Positions 54,328-64,000 of a stretch of 64,000 nt of DNA are shown in pieces. The notes below the pieces were generated by a model. The model was not told the DNA's origin. It ran no database searches and saw only the letters and a list, made by a program, of their open reading frames with translations. Location of the stretch: assembly GCA_036785375.1 (NCBI GenBank), contig JAWMAR010000152.1:2232001-2296000 (forward strand), read 5' to 3'. Every line of letters begins with the position of its first letter. Positions within the stretch are counted from its first letter, which is position 1. The stretch is from Leucoraja ocellata. Its lineage: Eukaryota. Both the position numbers and the translations under genes were made by a program.

Positions 54328-54458
54328 AAGAAGGAACTGCAGATGCTGGAAAACGTTTCTTCAGACTGAAGAAGGGTTTCGGCCTGAAACGTTGCCTATC
54401 TCCTTTGCCCCATAGATGCTGCTGCACCCGCTGAGTTTCTCCAGCACTTTTGTGTACC
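54328..54458 (+). mobile_element. Short partly inverted Penelope-terminus element with + strand hammerhead core
   Basis: CTGAAGA at 54366-54372 and GAAACGTT at 54386-54393. TSD ttccacttt(a/g)taacc at 54313-54327 and 54459-54473. Confidence 0.82.
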
Positions 54459-54908
54459 TTCCACTTTGTAACCCCTGGATTTCCAGCTCTACATACAGAA
54501 GGGTTTCTTAGCGAAGGACTATTCCAGCATGATCAAAAGATGGGAGAGAATCTGTAAATTAATCAAGTTTTTTTCCACTGAATTCTGAGGAGCGGCAGTT
54601 TCAGGGATTGTGAATTCGCATTTCAGTCAAGGCTCACCCTCCAAGGAATGCTGCTCTATCCGAGCTGGGGGATCATCTGTTCTCTCAGATAGACATAAGA
54701 TATTGCCTGGTGCTGCTTTGTGGGGCAGGGTTCCTTCACTGCTGTCTCGGGTATGTTAGTGGCAATCCAGAGACTGAGTTTGAATCGGACCACAGTGGCT
54801 GTGGAATTTAAATTTGGTTAATAATCCAGAATTAATTGGTGATGACCACGTACTGGATTTGTGCGGATATCTGCTATTCTTGCCCAGTGTGGCTGATAGT
54901 GAGGAATG

Positions 54909-55122
54909 TAGAAACAAGGAACCACAGATGCTGGTTTACAAAGGAAAGACACAAAATGCTGGAGTTACTCAGCGGGTTAGGCATGTCTCTGGAGAACATG
55001 GATAGTTGACATTTTGAGTCGGGTCAGACTGAAGAAGGGACCCGACCCAAAACATCACCTTTCTTTTTTCCACAGAGATGCTACCTGATTCGCTGAGTTA
55101 CTCCAGCACTTTGTATCTATCC
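54909..55122. mobile_element. Older palindromic Penelope-terminus element
   Basis: tgctggagttactcagcggg...ctgaagaagggacccgacccaaaacatcacc...gctgagttactccagcac; possible 7-bp TSD aggaatg. Confidence 0.7.
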
Positions 55123-57749
55123 AGGAATGGTGGGTTTGCCACATGAGGAGAGATTGAGTGAACTGGGACTGTATTCTCCAGACTATATGGAAGAATGCAT
55201 GCAGTGAGAATGTTTGTGTTTGGCTCAGAAGTCTAGATATTCCTCCCTTCACCCACGCTGAGAATTTCTAGACTTCATTGTTTTTAATTTTATATTTCCA
55301 GCATGTGCAGATTTTTCTTCTCCGATTACATACTTGCTTTTGAAGTGAGGGGAAATGTCGAGTGGGAAAATAACTGGTTTCTGAGCCGGCTCTCCAGCTT
55401 TGTTGGCTCACTGAGATGGTGTGGACAGATGAACTGGGCAGGATACAATGCAGTTTATGCTTCAATGTTTCGTCACCAATGCGTTTTCTAGCTGTATCAG
55501 TCTGTCTGAGCGGACGTTTTTCTTCAGACTGCTTTCCCGTTAAGATGCCGGGCATCTGTGATAGGTATTAGCCAAGAGCCCACAATACACTGTGGTGTGG
55601 ATATCTCCCTCTGACCGTTACACTGAGTTTATTGTCTGGGAAGGCCTCATGACACCGGAGTGACTGAAAGCAGATCGTCTGTTGCCGTGAAATCACAATG
55701 GTGTTTTGTACTGAACGTGACTCACCCTTCAACCCTGAAGTTAGAATTTCTGCACCCTGACAAGTGAAGAAATGGTGTCTACCAGTTTTGCAAACTGCAT
55801 GTCGCATCAGTGTTTATAATCTACAGTATGCAGACTGTATGAATAATCCAGATGAACGAGTGTGGCTCTCATGCTGAGTGGTGTAACCCTCAGTTGGTAT
55901 TGTCTGGTATTGCCTGATATTGTTTCTTCCCGGGTGAGCTTATAGTTGAACAGTATCCCAGAGTGGGCGTTTGGAATTTGGGTCGACTTCCACAGGGGGA
56001 GTTTATGGTTAAAGGGGGGGGGGGGGGTAGTGGTGAAGAAGGATAGAGGTGCAGAGAAATGGGACAGATCAAGGATAACACGGCGGAGACCTGGGACAGT
56101 TCAGAAGGGCTAAATGGCAAGTTTGTGTTGTTAATGTTCTTGAATCAGGAGAAAATGATGGAAAGTGAAGGGTATATAATTGTGAGCTTTTAGGCTGCAT
56201 CTCTGGAACATGTGGTTGGGTGACGTTTTGGGCCCGGACCCTTCTTCAGATTGATGATACAGACTTCAGACTTGTAAGTTACAAGGACGTACTAAAGTGG
56301 CAGTAGGTGTGGCAAAAGAACAAGTCTTTCATCCTCATATCTAAGAGGCATTCTTTGTTCCCGGGAGTGTGTACCGGAACTGCAGATTCCAATAGGCTAC
56401 ATGATGAAGCCCATTGAGTCACACAGTGCCAACCATGTATGACCAATTGCCTTTTATCTAGATTGCACTGACTGATTTTTTTCTAAAAAGACAAAAAGAC
56501 AATCGAGAATTCTGTGCATGGCTGGGGGAAGAACTCCCAGTGTGATCTGTCAGGGAGAATAAAGGTCATGACTGTGTCTCAATTAGCATAACACCAACAG
56601 CCCATTTGTTTCGACTTCAACACATCTCCAGCCCTGCTCAATGTTTCACTGTGGAGTAGGTCTTCACAGCACTGACAACGAACCTTCCATTTTTTTTACC
56701 AATGCGTTGTGGCTCTGAGCTCAGCAGTCAAGAGGCAAATTCTCTCCCTCCCATCCTCTTCCACAAGATCACTTGTCAGGTCAGTAAACCCAGAGAGTCA
56801 CTTGGACATTGAGGGAAAGACACGTACAAAGTATAGAAGGAGCAATGAACAAGGAGCTGCAAATGCTGGCTTAGATAAAAGGACACAAAGTGCTGAAGTA
56901 ACTCAGCCGGCCAAGTAGCATCTCTGCAAGTGTCCCGACCCAAAATTCAAGTTCTCTATTTGATCTTCTAAATTACTCCAGTACTCCGTGTCCAACTTGT
57001 ACAAAGTAATTGTGTCAGTTGTCCTTCGAGCTTTGGGGACACTCCCAGGTAAGGTATAGCACAATCATAGCATCTCAATGAAATAAGCGCTTCTTCCAAC
57101 ACTGTTCTTGTGAAGTGGGAACTCCTACATCTGAGCACGCCTGTTGTACTGATGTAAGCTTTCAACTTCCCATGTTGTTCCCATGAATGACATTCATGAG
57201 TCTCGTGTACAATGAAACACAATAGGACATTCGCCTTATCCAAAGAGTAGTTAGAAGGTGGAACTCGCTCACAGTGGTTGAGGCACATATGCATTGAAAG
57301 GGAGACTGAACAACCATTTGAGGGAGAAGGGGATAGAGGGCAAGTTGAGAGATTTAGATAAGGAAAGATGCTCAAGTGGAGTATGAACACCACCATAGAC
57401 TGGTTGGGCCAAATGGACCATGCCATATATCCTGCGTAATTCAATAAATTATACTCTGCTTTATGCTATGAGTTTACAGCCACAAATTCAACATATCGCT
57501 GCCCATTTCTCTGGGCGGCATCTCAAAAGGATTTTGTCTCTGCTCTCTGCAACACACTGTGTGCCTTAAGTGTGGGTTCAATCTAGCAAATCAAATCCTG
57601 AAATAAAACAGCAGATTTAGGATGGAATTAATTGTCCAGATGTGTAGAGTTAGACTAATGAATGCTCTGAGGAGCATAAATATTTCTGAGCAATTTGAAG
57701 AATGGCAGTGAGCATCATTTGTCAGAAGATCTGTGCATAGTAAAACAGA

Positions 57750-58155
57750 AAAAAGGGACTTTCATTTCTGTCACACTTTTCACTTTTTAAGGTCATATCA
57801 CAACTAATCATGTATAATCACTGTTGTAATGTAGCCAAGCTGAGCACAGCAATCTCCCACAGACAGCAATGTGCTAATGTCCAAATTACCTGCTTCATGA
57901 TTGCTAATTGAGGTTTAAATCATAGACCAGCACAGTCTGTAAATTCCCCTGCATTTTGCAGAGCACCTTGGTTTAACATCTCATCTTCTTGGCTTGCTGA
58001 TGACGTGGTAGTCCTTCGGCACTACCCTTCCAGTGTTGCAGTCATTCCTCAGTGCTACGCTGAAGTGTTAGTTGATATTTTTAAGCTTGAATCTCGGGAG
58101 TAGGTCTCAAACCCACAACCTTTGAACTTCAAGGTGAGAGCACTGCCACTGGGCC
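57750..58155 (-). mobile_element. Deu-domain SINE relic
   Basis: ttggtttaacatctcatc...cctcagtgctacgctgaagtgttag...aacccacaacctt...gagagcactgccactgggcc. Confidence 0.6.
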
Positions 58156-58519
58156 ATCATTTTGAAGATTTGACTAGCTGCAGCCCTAGAGTTAGTATGT
58201 CATAGGGAGAAGCATTGCATAGCTTTCCTTCACATCATGGAAGTGGGATTAAGTTGAGGAATGGATTACATTTTAGGGTTGTGGATGCAGTAGACTTCAT
58301 GGAATAAATTGTCTTTCATTTCTTTTCTTTGCTAAAGCAAGTAAAGTCATGAGATGCTGATGAAAGTCAACCTTGATCAAGTGATAAATATTAGCACGTT
58401 CTCCTCCGAGCCAAGATGTTGCTTCCAAGCCCTACTCCAGAATTTGAATCTGGGAATATCTGGGTGAATCGCAACTGCTTACTGACTAATACTGATTCTG
58501 CCCCACATGAGGAAATAAT

Positions 58520-58810
58520 AGAGAGGGTAATAGAATGGGTTGGTTATGGGGGCAGGTTTTAAGGAGCACCACAATGGAGGAAACCGAGGGGAAGAGGTTT
58601 AAAAAGGGAATTCCAGAGACGGCTGTTAGTGGTGGAAGAACCAAAGTCGAGGGATGAGCAAGCGGCCTGAATTGTGGGAGCACAGAAATCTTGTAGGGTT
58701 GTAGATTTGGAGAGAGTCACGTCGACAGCAAGTGCAAAGCCACAAAGGCATTTCCACAATAGAATAAATAAATGGACACAATATAATATTAATGCTGAGA
58801 GAACCATTGC
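58520..58810 (-). mobile_element. L2 LINE 3' fragment
   Basis: Minus-strand ...RLWNSL.KPL motif; related to 62895-63270. Confidence 0.55.
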
Positions 58811-60036
58811 ACTTAGAACAAGTAGACTTCCTTTTGTAAGATGGTAACTGACACTATTTTGATCAAAAACTGTACTTTTATTTCCGCTTTAAGTAGCAGC
58901 AACAGAAATCCTAGGTTTGAATCCAGCCCAGACTGCTGGGATAAGGACCTGTCTTTGACGACTTGTAAAGTTTGAGGTGACGTGACCTTAATATACCTAT
59001 ACGCTGTACACGATGGTGCAAGTTTTGCCAATGTCACACCAAGAGGCTTTGCAGTGTCATAAACAAAGAGAAATGCCCGATTGTATGCTGTGTTTTAGGG
59101 GATCTCCTTAAAGTAAGAGCTAGTGTGGACAAGCTAAATTTTGATTTTGTGTCTTATTGAACTGTATTGGTGTTGATATTGGAGATCTAAATCATTCCTT
59201 AGCTTCAATATTAGCTCCTTTTTCGACCAGACTCGGCCACTGTGATGGTGGTTGAATAGCAAGACTCATTGTTTAAATGCTCCCTTGTTCACAGATTTCC
59301 ATTGTTCCTCCAATGCTGTCTCCTTTTTGCTGGTGGCTTCAGCTATTTTTGCTTCCAAACCAGTTTCTTTCCGCTCTACAGTGCAGCCTTTGGGCACAGG
59401 AAATTGTGGTCTTGCATCTTTTTGTTCTCCCTCTTTCACTATTTATCACTTGTTAATGATCAGCGGTCCCAATTTAAACTTTCAAATGTTTTGGCGGCCT
59501 GGGTGTAAGAAGTGAGATGGTAATGAGGCCTTTTTATCTCAATAGCCCGCATTGTTGGACCTCATAAATTCTTCTAATGAGTTATCTGTCAACTATTTCA
59601 TAAACAGCACAAAAAAGGAAGCCAACTCTGTCGTAGGTTTTGCAAGCACATTGGATAAAACCACATTGTCAGGTTTGGGATATATATCAAATAAGAGCAT
59701 ACATTTCCGCTGAAATCTTTGGTTTAAGGTTTAGTATGAAGGAGGAAATTAAATAGTTTTATGTATGGCTTTATTGTGGCGCTGCACTGGTGTGGAATGT
59801 AGTGGGTTAAGTGACTGGAAAAGTAATTACAAACTTGAGAATCGAGTTCAAATCTCACCACAGCAGCTTGGGACTTTACATTCAAATAATTATATATCCA
59901 ATGACCCAGGATTGATTCTGGTGACACAAGAGACTGCAGATGCTGGAGTCTTGAGCAAAAAACAAAATGACGGAGGAACTTAGCGGTTCTCTGGTGCTGT
60001 CTATGTGAAGTTTGTACAAACAAGTAACTGCAGATG

Positions 60037-60324
60037 TTTAAGAAGGAACTTCTTAAACATCATCGCTCCCCCTCTCCAACACCGAACGGTCTGTCCTCAA
60101 CAGAGCTCTTACCTTTGTCCCCCTCCGTCCCCACCTCAATGAATTCCGCGCCCACCACGACTTGGAGCGCTTCTACCGTCGCCTCCGCCTCACAGCGTAC
60201 TTCCATGGGAAGGAGTCCTCACCCCCCACTGACGACCCCTTTTTCCGTCTCCAACGCACCCCCTCCTCGTGGAACCCCCCTCGTGGCCAATTTCCGGCTT
60301 TAGAGCTTTTCATCTCAGCATCTG
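60037..60324 (+). mobile_element. Penelope terminus joined to Penelope N-terminal ORF fragment
   Basis: LSNTERSVLNRALTFVPLRPHLNEFRAHHDLERFYRRLRLTAYFHG. 16-bp TSD caagtaactgcagatg at 60021-60036 and 60325-60340. Confidence 0.75.
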
Positions 60325-60545
60325 CAAGTAACTGCAGATGCTGGTTTACAAAGAAAAAGACACAAAGTGCAGGAGTAACTCAGTGGGTTAGGCAGCGTTC
60401 CTGGAGAACATGGATAGGTGGTGTTTCGGATTGGGACCTGATCTGATACAAACCCGAATCCCAACCTGAACAGACACTTATCCATGTTCTCCAGAGATGC
60501 TGCCTGACCCGCTGAGTTACTCCAGCACTTTGTATCTATTTTTGT
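60325..60545. mobile_element. Older palindromic Penelope-terminus element (target of the 60037-60324 insertion)
   Basis: acaaagtgcaggagtaactcagtggg...gatgctgcctgacccgctgagttactccagcactttgt. Confidence 0.7.
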
Positions 60546-62744
60546 TCTCTCTGTGACTTGCGTAGGTTTCCCTTGGGTGCCCCAGTTTCCTCCAACATCC
60601 CAGAAATGTGCAGGTTAGTAAGTAACATTTTGGGCAAATATTTGGTATAGAAGGTGGGCAGCATGTGAGCCCTTTTACCTCTTCATTGATGTGTACTGCA
60701 CAGTCTGACTACAAGCTTAGTTCTTTGTCTTCTTGGACTGCCCAATTCCAGGGTTCAGAGGTATCAGATCAGGTCAAAGTGGGACTCACAGACTGTGCAG
60801 GTGACACAGGAGTTGACTGATGGGGAGGGTGGGTGCTGTTGCCCAGATTGTTGCGCACTCCTGCTTGTTTGGGCTTCGGTTCCACTTACTGATGTTTTGG
60901 ATCAGGAGACTTCAGCACACTGTTCACTGCTGAACAATTGTTTGTCATGATGTGGCTCAGAACAGTGGGTCCGTTTCAGCTTGGCTAATGAATGTAGCCA
61001 TCATCATATCAGCACAATGGTCAGGCTGGAGGGAAGTGTAGAAGTTGGGGAGTAGGAGATGAAACTAACAAATATTCCATGTTTACCTTCTTCTCTTGCA
61101 CAATTGCTTACTTGATGCATCTACGAACCAGAACTAGGGGAATATTTGTGTAACAGGAAAATTAAACATTTCCAGTCAATTGATATGGATGTGGCTAAGA
61201 TCTGAACGTGGAGCCAGGGGAAGGCACAGAATAGCGTTAACAGCTGCGGTGTGCCAGGACATTTGTGTTAAGCAGCTTGCACACTACACTGTGAATTGTT
61301 TAATTGTTGAATCCAGAAAATGCCTGCGGGTGACTCTGTCCAACTTTGCCAAGTGGTCAGAGATTATGGCTCCTCTCCTCAGAAGCAGAGTAGATAAGTT
61401 GGAGGCTGATAAAGTATTCGGCCTCAAAGCCTGACAAAGCCGGGTTTGTCCGATGTGCCAATTCACAAAGGGCTACCTCTGGTTTCTCCCTGTGTGAAGA
61501 CCATTGTTTCTGAATAAAGACCCTGATTATACTGCCATTAGCTATGGCAGTTTGAGGGGCCTGTGGAATCTGACCTTTTGAAGGCCGAGTACTGCTGAAA
61601 AGGCAGAGCTAAAGAGTCAAAAGGCTTGGATTAAAACGGGCCCCATCCAGCTGCAATGGATTGTGGAGTTTAACCCTTGGAACCCTCTGATGAAGGGGGA
61701 AAATGTTGCAAAGTAGGTGGGGTGGAGACGGGAAGGGAAAGACAATGAACCACACAGCTCAAAACTGGCGATGGACACTTGTTGTGACCACATGAGTTTT
61801 CCTGTGACCACTTATTTCATCCGAGTGATTCTCTTTCCTCCCACGTCCCAAAGCCAGCAGGTTGTTTGGTTAATTCACCTCTGAAAATTACTCCAGTGTG
61901 TAGGTGAGTTAGAGAATCAAAGGGTGGAGAATAATTGATGGGAATGTGGGGAGACTAAAATGAGTTTGGATAGCATTGGTGTAAAAATGGATGCTTGATG
62001 GTCAGCACAGGTTCAGTGGGCTGAAAGGCCTGTTTCCGTGCTATAACTTTGTGACTTGCTCCTCTATGCCCCACCTCCTCAACCACGTGCTGTGTCACTA
62101 AGCATCTCCTTGTCAGCATTGGAAAAGTGGGTTGGTCCGAGTGTAGCCAGATCAGGATTGTGGCCAGTGTGGCATTAGAGGTATACCAGGCTTGCTGCTG
62201 TGCCTGCCAACACACACCATCCAATCCCCTCCCTTGGAGGATGGCCACATAGAAGTATTTGAGTCACTTAACCGTCAGTAGTTACATGAGGGGAGGAGCA
62301 AGGAGATGCACTTTCCCATCGGCGCAGAGAATTCGGAATCCCTGTGGCTATTTTTCCATGTTTCCGGGTGCCTAGGGCGAGACCTCGCATGTCAAGCCTG
62401 TGCCAGTGAGCTGCCGTCTTTCAGTGTGGTTTGTTTGCCTGTGGAGTGCAGGAATGTGTACTTTGGTTGAGGTGTATAAGTGGGTCCTGCTCTGCTCCAG
62501 TAGGTAGAATAGGCCAACTGTATTGTGCTGTTGCTTGGAGAGGAGGCTTTTCCCTTACCGAAGCAGATGTGAAGCCAACTTGCTCTGTTTGAGCACTTTA
62601 ATACTAAACAAGGCATGGGAATCTTTTTCCGCTTGGGCGAGGACTCTGTCGTATCAGTGCTATCTAGCAGCAGAGTAGAAGCTGGAAACGGTGTGATAGT
62701 TCTATGCTTGGCATGTTGGCATACCTGTGTCACCTACAATAAAT

Positions 62745-62835
62745 AGATACAAAGTGCTGGAGTAACTCAGCGGGACTGGCAACATCTCTGGAGAGAATGA
62801 ATGGGTGACGTTTGGGTCGAGCCCCTTCTTCAGAC
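62745..62835 (-). mobile_element. Short Penelope-terminus element
   Basis: tgctggagtaactcagcggg...gtgacgtttgggtcgagccccttcttcagac. Confidence 0.7.
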
Positions 62836-62894
62836 ATAAGTTGCAGATTGGTACATGCAGTATCAATATGGTATAGAAGTGCCGTGCCTGGGTA

Positions 62895-63270
62895 ACACTA
62901 TTAGGTGAAAGATCTTAGGTGCTTCAAACATAGCTTATATTTCTGTAGCTCCTGTAGAAAACACATGCCATTGTATAATTGATTATCAAACATAATTCGA
63001 CATTGAATCTCATGCGGAATATTGCGATTAGTGAACAAAAGCTTGGTCAGTTTGGAATGTTTTAAAGAGGTGAAAGCAGTGGAAAGGTTGAGGGAGGGAA
63101 TTCCAGAACTCGGGCCCAGCCGGCTGAAGGCACGATCACCAGTGGTGGAGTAATTAGCTTTGGAGAAGGACATGACACCAGAGTTGGAGATTTGGGGGCT
63201 TTAAAGCTAGAAGGGGGTACAAAAACATGAAGGAGTGAGATTGTAGAGGGATTGGAAAACGAGGATAAAA
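62895..63270 (-). mobile_element. L2 LINE 3' fragment
   Basis: Minus strand TTGDRAFSRLGP.(W)NSLP motif. Confidence 0.6.
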
Positions 63271-63439
63271 ATAATAGGTTTGGTAGTATTATTTGACTGG
63301 CTGGCTGCTCTTGCTCACACTGATGATTTTAGGGCATTCAGATCTGAGAGCAGTGCACCTATCTGCTATCCCAATGAAAGGTAGAGATCTCTCACAAATG
63401 AAAAGATAATCCGTTCCAATGATGTTAACTTAAAGACAG

Positions 63440-63660
63440 TAGAAACAAAAGGTGCTGCACATGTAAGAGTCTTGAGCAAAACACAAAGAGCTGGAGGAAC
63501 TCAGTGGGTCACACAGCATCTGTGGAGGGAATGGATCAGCACCGACTCGGGTCGGGACCCTTCTTCACACTAAAAAATGGTCCTGATCTGAAACATGGCA
63601 TATCAATTCCCTCCACAGATGCCGCTTGACATGCTGAGTTGCTCCAGCAGTTTGTTTTTA
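63440..63660. mobile_element. Older palindromic Penelope-terminus element
   Basis: gctggaggaactcagtggg...gcatctgtggagggaat and attccctccacagatgc...ctgagttgctccagc. Confidence 0.65.
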
Positions 63661-63912
63661 ACTTGAGGATAGTTGTTGAACAGGACACTGGGGAGAACTC
63701 TCTTTCTCTTCTTAGAAGCAGCACCACAGAATCTTTTGCATCCACTTGAGAGAACAGGCAAGGAGTTGAGGTAGCATTGGATGTCATCTGAAAGACGGCA
63801 TCCCCAACAATGCAACACTTCCTGAGCACTATTGTGGACTGAAAAGCCCGATTTTTGCAGTGAGATTTGAATGGACAATCCTGTCTGCCAACCACCACTG
63901 AATCATAGCTGA
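63661..63912 (-). mobile_element. Deu-domain SINE relic
   Basis: caggacactggggagaactc...atcttttgcatccacttgagag...gtcatctgaaagacggcatc. Confidence 0.65.
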
Positions 63913-64000
63913 GATGAATCAAATTAAACTGCCTTTGTAAGCGTCAAGGTGTAATTGCAGCCACTCCTCCCCACCCTACTGCTACTGAAAGAGTTGTGAT

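Overview
Vertebrate genomic DNA, most likely from a cartilaginous fish (skate/ray-like, inferred from HE1-type SINEs, CR1 LINEs, Deu-domain SINEs and Penelope repeats). Three genes lie on the + strand in the human 12q13 order: the last coding exon of IKZF4/Eos (1092-1816) with an apparently very long 3' UTR, the complete four-exon RPS26 gene (ATG 24364, stop 27236) with a CpG-island/TATA/TOP promoter, and the signal-peptide exon 1 of ERBB3 (37253-37319). I found no ERBB3 exon 2, so the remaining ~26.7 kb appears to be ERBB3 intron 1. Non-coding DNA is rich in retroelement fragments (CR1, L1/Tx1, Rex1/Babar, L2, RTE, Penelope-like, SINEs), often nested with readable target-site duplications (TSDs). 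The most notable signal is roughly 20 short copies of the Penelope terminus. Many are fold-back palindromes bounded by their own 11-16 bp TSDs, and several carry a minimal hammerhead-ribozyme core (CUGAAGA...GAAACGUH). Two long unique hairpins (23218-23301 and 50295-50355) also merit checking. All calls were made by eye; repeat boundaries are approximate unless a TSD is given.
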